From NCBI GenBank assembly GCA_027292775.1, contig JAPUGL010000057.1:1-46221 (forward strand): 46,221 bases of DNA. The letters run 5' to 3'. Positions 42,418-46,221 of this stretch are shown here, one piece after another. How positions within the stretch are numbered: position 1 is the stretch's first letter; every line of letters begins with the position of its first letter. The translations under genes were made by a program, and so were the position numbers. The notes beneath the pieces are model-generated. The model was given only the letters and a program-made list of their open reading frames with translations. It did no database searches and was not told where the DNA came from. This stretch comes from Gammaproteobacteria bacterium. GTDB lineage: Bacteria > Pseudomonadota > Gammaproteobacteria > Steroidobacterales > MnTg04.

Positions 42418-42951
42418 TCAGATCAGCCTGTAAAGCACAACCTCGTAGCCGATCAGGGCGAAATATGCAACGAAGAAAATGCGCAGGAGATTTTGCACAC
42501 TGATGAGCCGAAAAAGGCGGAATGGAGCATACATAACCATCAGGATAAGACCAAGGCCAGTCAGCGCCATTTTGGTCGCACCGAAAAGAAACTCGTCAGT
42601 TTCGATCAGGTGGGCCATGAAAATATTGGCTTCCTGAGCTCCCATCCTAAGCAGATTCAAGGTAATGATTGCGTCAGCCGTGCAAAGTACCAGGATTCCC
42701 ATTGTCAGGTAGAGCAATTCGGAGTCCAGCCAGTCTGTCTGAACACCGATACCGTCTCCCTGGCGCCGATTAGCCCTCCTTCGTGGACGGATGCCGCCAT
42801 AACACAATGACCACCAGGTTTTTTCGCGGCGATCACGGCGCAATCGCCGGTTGCCTGCTTTACAGACCGGGGACCGGCTGTCCGAATCAAAAACCGCTAC
42901 GTCAATATCCGGACTGCTTGATGAATTGGACATAATTTCAATCTTAGCCAT
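42418..42951 (-). CDS. DUF5658-like membrane protein
   Basis: RR.RRDRR / RRRANRR basic motifs, then LCTADAIITL.LL..GA.EAN.FM and further TMs; start uncertain (42951 or 42933). Confidence 0.65.
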   Translation of the reverse strand: MAKIEIMSNSSSSPDIDVAVFDSDSRSPVCKAGNRRLRRDRREKTWWSLCYGGIRPRRRANRRQGDGIGVQTDWLDSELLYLTMGILVLCTADAIITLNLLRMGAQEANIFMAHLIETDEFLFGATKMALTGLGLILMVMYAPFRLFRLISVQNLLRIFFVAYFALIGYEVVLYRLI

Positions 42952-43292
42952 AGCTTGTATAACCAGCTTGAATGATGCAAAATCCGCGCCGCAATTTGTG
43001 CAGGTGAACAATATCAGTGGTTTAGATCAGTTCGCCTCACATAGCCTGGACACAAGTGTAAATCTTGTCGACGCTGTGTCCGTCAAAAATCCGTTCAGCT
43101 TGTATTCAGGTACAACTGATTAATCTGCAACGGATTTAGAACTTTTGACAAGCGTCGGAATCGTAAGTATCGAGAATACCACAGGGTTTTTATCTTTCAT
43201 GTATTTATTTGGGATAAACAGCCTATACTTGGTTTTCAGACTTCACACGGACGACAAATAGATTCGCTAAAAGCGAAAAGGATGACAATTTT

Positions 43293-43877
43293 ATGAAGAT
43301 TTTCAATGCAATGATTCGATATGGCGCGATCGCGTCACTGGCCTTGGCTCCCGCCGCGGTCCTGGCGGCTTCGCCAGATTACACGTATATCGAAGGTTCT
43401 TACGTCAATATAGATCTTGATGGTGTTGACGACGGCGGCGGCTTCGGTATCGCTGGGTCAGCGGAAGTTGGCGAAAATATCTATATCTTTGCCGATTATT
43501 CCTCTGTCGGTTTTTCTGGCCCCTTTGACTTCAGCATATACAACGTCGGTGTCGGCTATAAGAGCGCCGTTTCAGACACCACCGATGTCAATGTGAGCAT
43601 CGCATATATCAATGCGGAGCTAGACGCCGGCATTCTTGGTAGTGCGGATGAAGACGGTTATAGCCTGGACGTCTCACTGCGCAACATGGTGAGCAACGAG
43701 TTCGAGCTCAATGGCGGAATCAACTATATCGATTTTGGTGGCAGTGGCGGTGACGACACCTTATTTCATGTCGGTGGCGTATATTCCTTTAACGACAGCT
43801 TTGCCGTTACCGGCGATTTTAGCGTCGGCGAGGACATCACGACTTTTCTGATTGGTGGCAGGTTTTATGTGAAGTAA
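43293..43877 (+). CDS. Outer-membrane beta-barrel protein (Ax21/Omp1X-like porin family)
   Basis: AAGGA RBS, signal peptide AVLA|AS, YTYIEGSY first strand, GFGIAGS, about ten amphipathic strands ending GGRFY. Confidence 0.75.
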   Translation: MKIFNAMIRYGAIASLALAPAAVLAASPDYTYIEGSYVNIDLDGVDDGGGFGIAGSAEVGENIYIFADYSSVGFSGPFDFSIYNVGVGYKSAVSDTTDVNVSIAYINAELDAGILGSADEDGYSLDVSLRNMVSNEFELNGGINYIDFGGSGGDDTLFHVGGVYSFNDSFAVTGDFSVGEDITTFLIGGRFYVK

Positions 43878-43909
43878 TTTCACAACCGAAATCCAAAAGC
43901 GAAAACTGG

Positions 43910-43938
43910 AAAGCCCCTCTACCGAGGGGCTTTTCTTT
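43910..43938 (+). terminator. Rho-independent terminator after the OMP gene
   Basis: aaagcccctc-tacc-gaggggcttt followed by tcttt. Confidence 0.85.
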
Positions 43939-44021
43939 GCCTGTAGACAATTCGACGCCACCTTTTCTAGGTGTTGCCCTCCATTTGAGTTAGTCTCGGC
44001 GCTCTCACCCGCACCAGGAAA

Positions 44022-45995
44022 ATGCGATTGAACAAGCATCCAGGTCTGTCAGACGCGGCACACCGGCCATTGAGAGACGGTGAAATCTATCAACCCTATG
44101 TTTCAGCCGCGGAGTCGCCAGCGGAATTCACGCTGAAAGCGCTGTTCTTCGGCATTCTTTTTGGCGTGATTTTTGGCGCCGCCAACGCCTACCTCGGTCT
44201 TCGTGCCGGCCTGACTATATCCACATCGATACCGGTTGCCGTCATGACAGTTGCCGCGTTCCAGGCACTCAAAGGAATTGGCATCCAGTCTCATATCCTT
44301 GAAGCCAACATGTCGCAAACCATCGGTTCGGCTTCGAGTTCGGTGGCCAGCGGCGTCATTTTTACATTGCCGGCGCTATTTCTATGGGGGGTAGCGCCGA
44401 CCTTGATGCAGATGACCTTGCTGGCAATGGCGGGTGGCCTGATCGGAGTCCTGTTCATGATTCCACTAAGGCGTTTCCTGATCGAACGTGAGCACGGTCA
44501 CCTGCCCTACCCCGAAGGTACTGCCTGCGCCCATGTTCTGGTTGCCAACGAAATCGGCGGCAGCCAGGCACGCCAGGTTTTCTGGGGCCTGGGCATTGGC
44601 GCCGCTTTCAAGGCGTTGACCTCATGGGCCAAGCTACTTCCGACGGAGTTTCACACCAATATCCCCTTCCTAAAAAAAGGGGCTATCGGTATAGATCTGT
44701 CAGCCGCCCTGTTTGGGGTTGGCTTCATACTCGGACCGCGTATCGCGACCATCATGGTAGGCGGCGGATTGCTGTCATCGCTACTCATTATTCCGGCGAT
44801 CGCGATCTGGGGTGACGCGCGAGCTATTCCACTGTTTCCCGAGGCCGAGCTGCTGATTCGCGATATGTCCCCGTCGCTGATCTGGACGCGCTATGTCCGC
44901 TACATTGGCGCGGGTGCGGTCGCCACCGCAGGCATTATTACGCTGGCCAGAAGTTTGCCTGTCATACTGCAAAGCTTCCGTATCGCCGCCACCGAATTAT
45001 CCGAGCGCGTTGTCCCTGGCTCTTCCATGCAGGTAAATGCGCCAAGGACCTCGCTTGACCTGCCGCTAAAAGTTGTCGGTATCGGCATATTGCTGATCGT
45101 CGCGGTACTCGCGTTGGTGCCGGCACCGTTTGGGGCCCTGGAAAGCGCCTTGCAACGGGTGGTTGCCGCGATCATGGTCGTGATTTTCTCGTTCTTTTTC
45201 GTCACCGTCGCGTCGCGCATCGTCGGACTGGTCGGCGTGACCTCGAACCCGACCAGCGGGATGACGATCGCCTCATTGCTGGGTACGGCGGGCGTATTTC
45301 TCGTCATGGGCTGGACCGATATGACCGGCAAGGCTGCCGCATTGACGGTCGGTTGTGTTGTCGCAATTGCGGCGTCTATTGCCGGTGACACGTCCCAGGA
45401 TCTGAAGACCGGTTACTTGCTGGGAGCGACACCAAAGCGCCAGCAGACCGGCGAACTCGTCGGCGTTCTGACGTCCGCTACCTTCGTCTGCCTTTCCGTG
45501 TTGTTGCTGGCCGAGACCTTTGGTTTTGGCGGGCAGGAGCTGCCGGCGCCGCAGGCGACGCTTATGAAACTGGTTATCGATGGCGTGCTCGATCAATCGT
45601 TGCCGTGGGGTCTGGTCGCAATCGGCGGGTTGATCGCTGTTGCCTGCGAGCTTTTCAAAATTCCCTCCTTACCATTCGCCGTCGGCGTTTATTTGCCGGT
45701 TTCGACGATGACACCCGTGTTTCTTGGCGGAGCCATCCGCTGGTTTTTCGCCCGACGCGCGAAGAACAAAGAGCAGGAAATCGACCAGCGAGACCGAGGC
45801 GTCTTGCTTGGATCGGGTTTCGTCGGTGGCGAAGGACTGCTCGGAGTCGCCATCGCCGCTGTAGCATTCGTACAAAACAAAAAACCCGATGGTTTCGGCA
45901 CCGACTGGCTCGGTCCGGACTGGATGGTTCAGATTGGCGGCCTGATCGGTTTTGGCTTGCTGTTAAGCTGGTTCGCCCGGCGGGTCAGGGGATAA
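44022..45995 (+). CDS. OPT family oligopeptide transporter
   Basis: ANAYLGLRAGLT.STSIP, LPYPEGTAC, SNPTSGM, DTSQDLKTGYLLGATP, LPAPQATLM; many TMs. Confidence 0.95.
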   Translation: MRLNKHPGLSDAAHRPLRDGEIYQPYVSAAESPAEFTLKALFFGILFGVIFGAANAYLGLRAGLTISTSIPVAVMTVAAFQALKGIGIQSHILEANMSQTIGSASSSVASGVIFTLPALFLWGVAPTLMQMTLLAMAGGLIGVLFMIPLRRFLIEREHGHLPYPEGTACAHVLVANEIGGSQARQVFWGLGIGAAFKALTSWAKLLPTEFHTNIPFLKKGAIGIDLSAALFGVGFILGPRIATIMVGGGLLSSLLIIPAIAIWGDARAIPLFPEAELLIRDMSPSLIWTRYVRYIGAGAVATAGIITLARSLPVILQSFRIAATELSERVVPGSSMQVNAPRTSLDLPLKVVGIGILLIVAVLALVPAPFGALESALQRVVAAIMVVIFSFFFVTVASRIVGLVGVTSNPTSGMTIASLLGTAGVFLVMGWTDMTGKAAALTVGCVVAIAASIAGDTSQDLKTGYLLGATPKRQQTGELVGVLTSATFVCLSVLLLAETFGFGGQELPAPQATLMKLVIDGVLDQSLPWGLVAIGGLIAVACELFKIPSLPFAVGVYLPVSTMTPVFLGGAIRWFFARRAKNKEQEIDQRDRGVLLGSGFVGGEGLLGVAIAAVAFVQNKKPDGFGTDWLGPDWMVQIGGLIGFGLLLSWFARRVRG

Positions 45996-46023
45996 AACAG
46001 AGCCGGCAACCGATCTTCTTCAC

Positions 46024-46111
46024 GAATGTCCGCTTTGGGTCGTTAGCGGCCGTTCGTTTCAGGCTGCATCTTAGCGCCTGAATGTCCGCTAACGGCCACA
46101 AGCGGACGTTC
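46024..46111. repeat. Nested double-palindrome element
   Basis: gaatgtccgct-N10-agcggccgttc (46024-46055), 24-nt spacer, gaatgtccgct-N10-agcggacgttc (46080-46111); the two halves are also inverted copies of each other. Confidence 0.8.
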
Positions 46112-46119
46112 TGTAACCA

Positions 46120-46221
46120 TTACTCCTCGCCCGTGAGCCTCGTGTCCATGACCCACTGCGGCGTCCGCCCTTCGGTAACAGGTGGATCGAGTTGCGGTCG
46201 CTTCGCGCCCGCTGGTGGCGG
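46120..46221 (-). CDS. Possible 3' end of an unknown gene entering from the right edge
   Basis: Open frame PPPAGAKRPQLDPPVTEGRTPQWVMDTRLTGEE* ending 8 nt from the palindromic element; too short to identify. Confidence 0.3.
   Translation of the reverse strand, partial: PPPAGAKRPQLDPPVTEGRTPQWVMDTRLTGEE

Noticed and set aside
46024-46111. Integron attC site or CRISPR repeat pair
   Set aside because: The GTTAGC/GCTAAC cores face the wrong way for attC; there are only two units, with differing cores, and no cas or intI gene in the window

Overview
This is a chromosomal window from a Gammaproteobacterium (inferred from gene content and order; GC roughly mid-to-high 50s % by eye). Most of it is housekeeping: purB 3' end, nudJ-mnmA-acnA, cobB, an SDR, fadH, an ABC-2 exporter, tatD, an M20 peptidase, thrB, tRNA-Lys, the conserved yebC-ruvCAB-ybgC-tolQRAB-pal-cpoB-queE-queC block, relA, sucAB-lpdA and an OPT transporter. 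The best candidate for an undescribed system is the minus-strand three-gene surface locus at 700-6249. It encodes a Slam/DUF560-like (type 11 secretion) TPR + beta-barrel protein, a secreted protein that fuses a FecR-like N-domain to a very acidic TbpB-like C-terminal barrel, and a 772-aa HYR/Ig/cadherin-repeat lipoprotein. No TonB receptor or ECF sigma factor is next to it. Instead, each gene is preceded by CRP-family boxes (five sites, two of them perfect TGTGA-N6-TCACA), which suggests cyclic-nucleotide control rather than iron control. The non-coding DNA also holds three 140-165 bp rod-shaped fold-back elements (after acnA, DUF4389 and lpdA) that differ in sequence but share apex and internal-loop motifs. 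A nested double-palindrome resembling a recombination site sits at the right edge. All family assignments come from motif recognition by eye; no searches were run.
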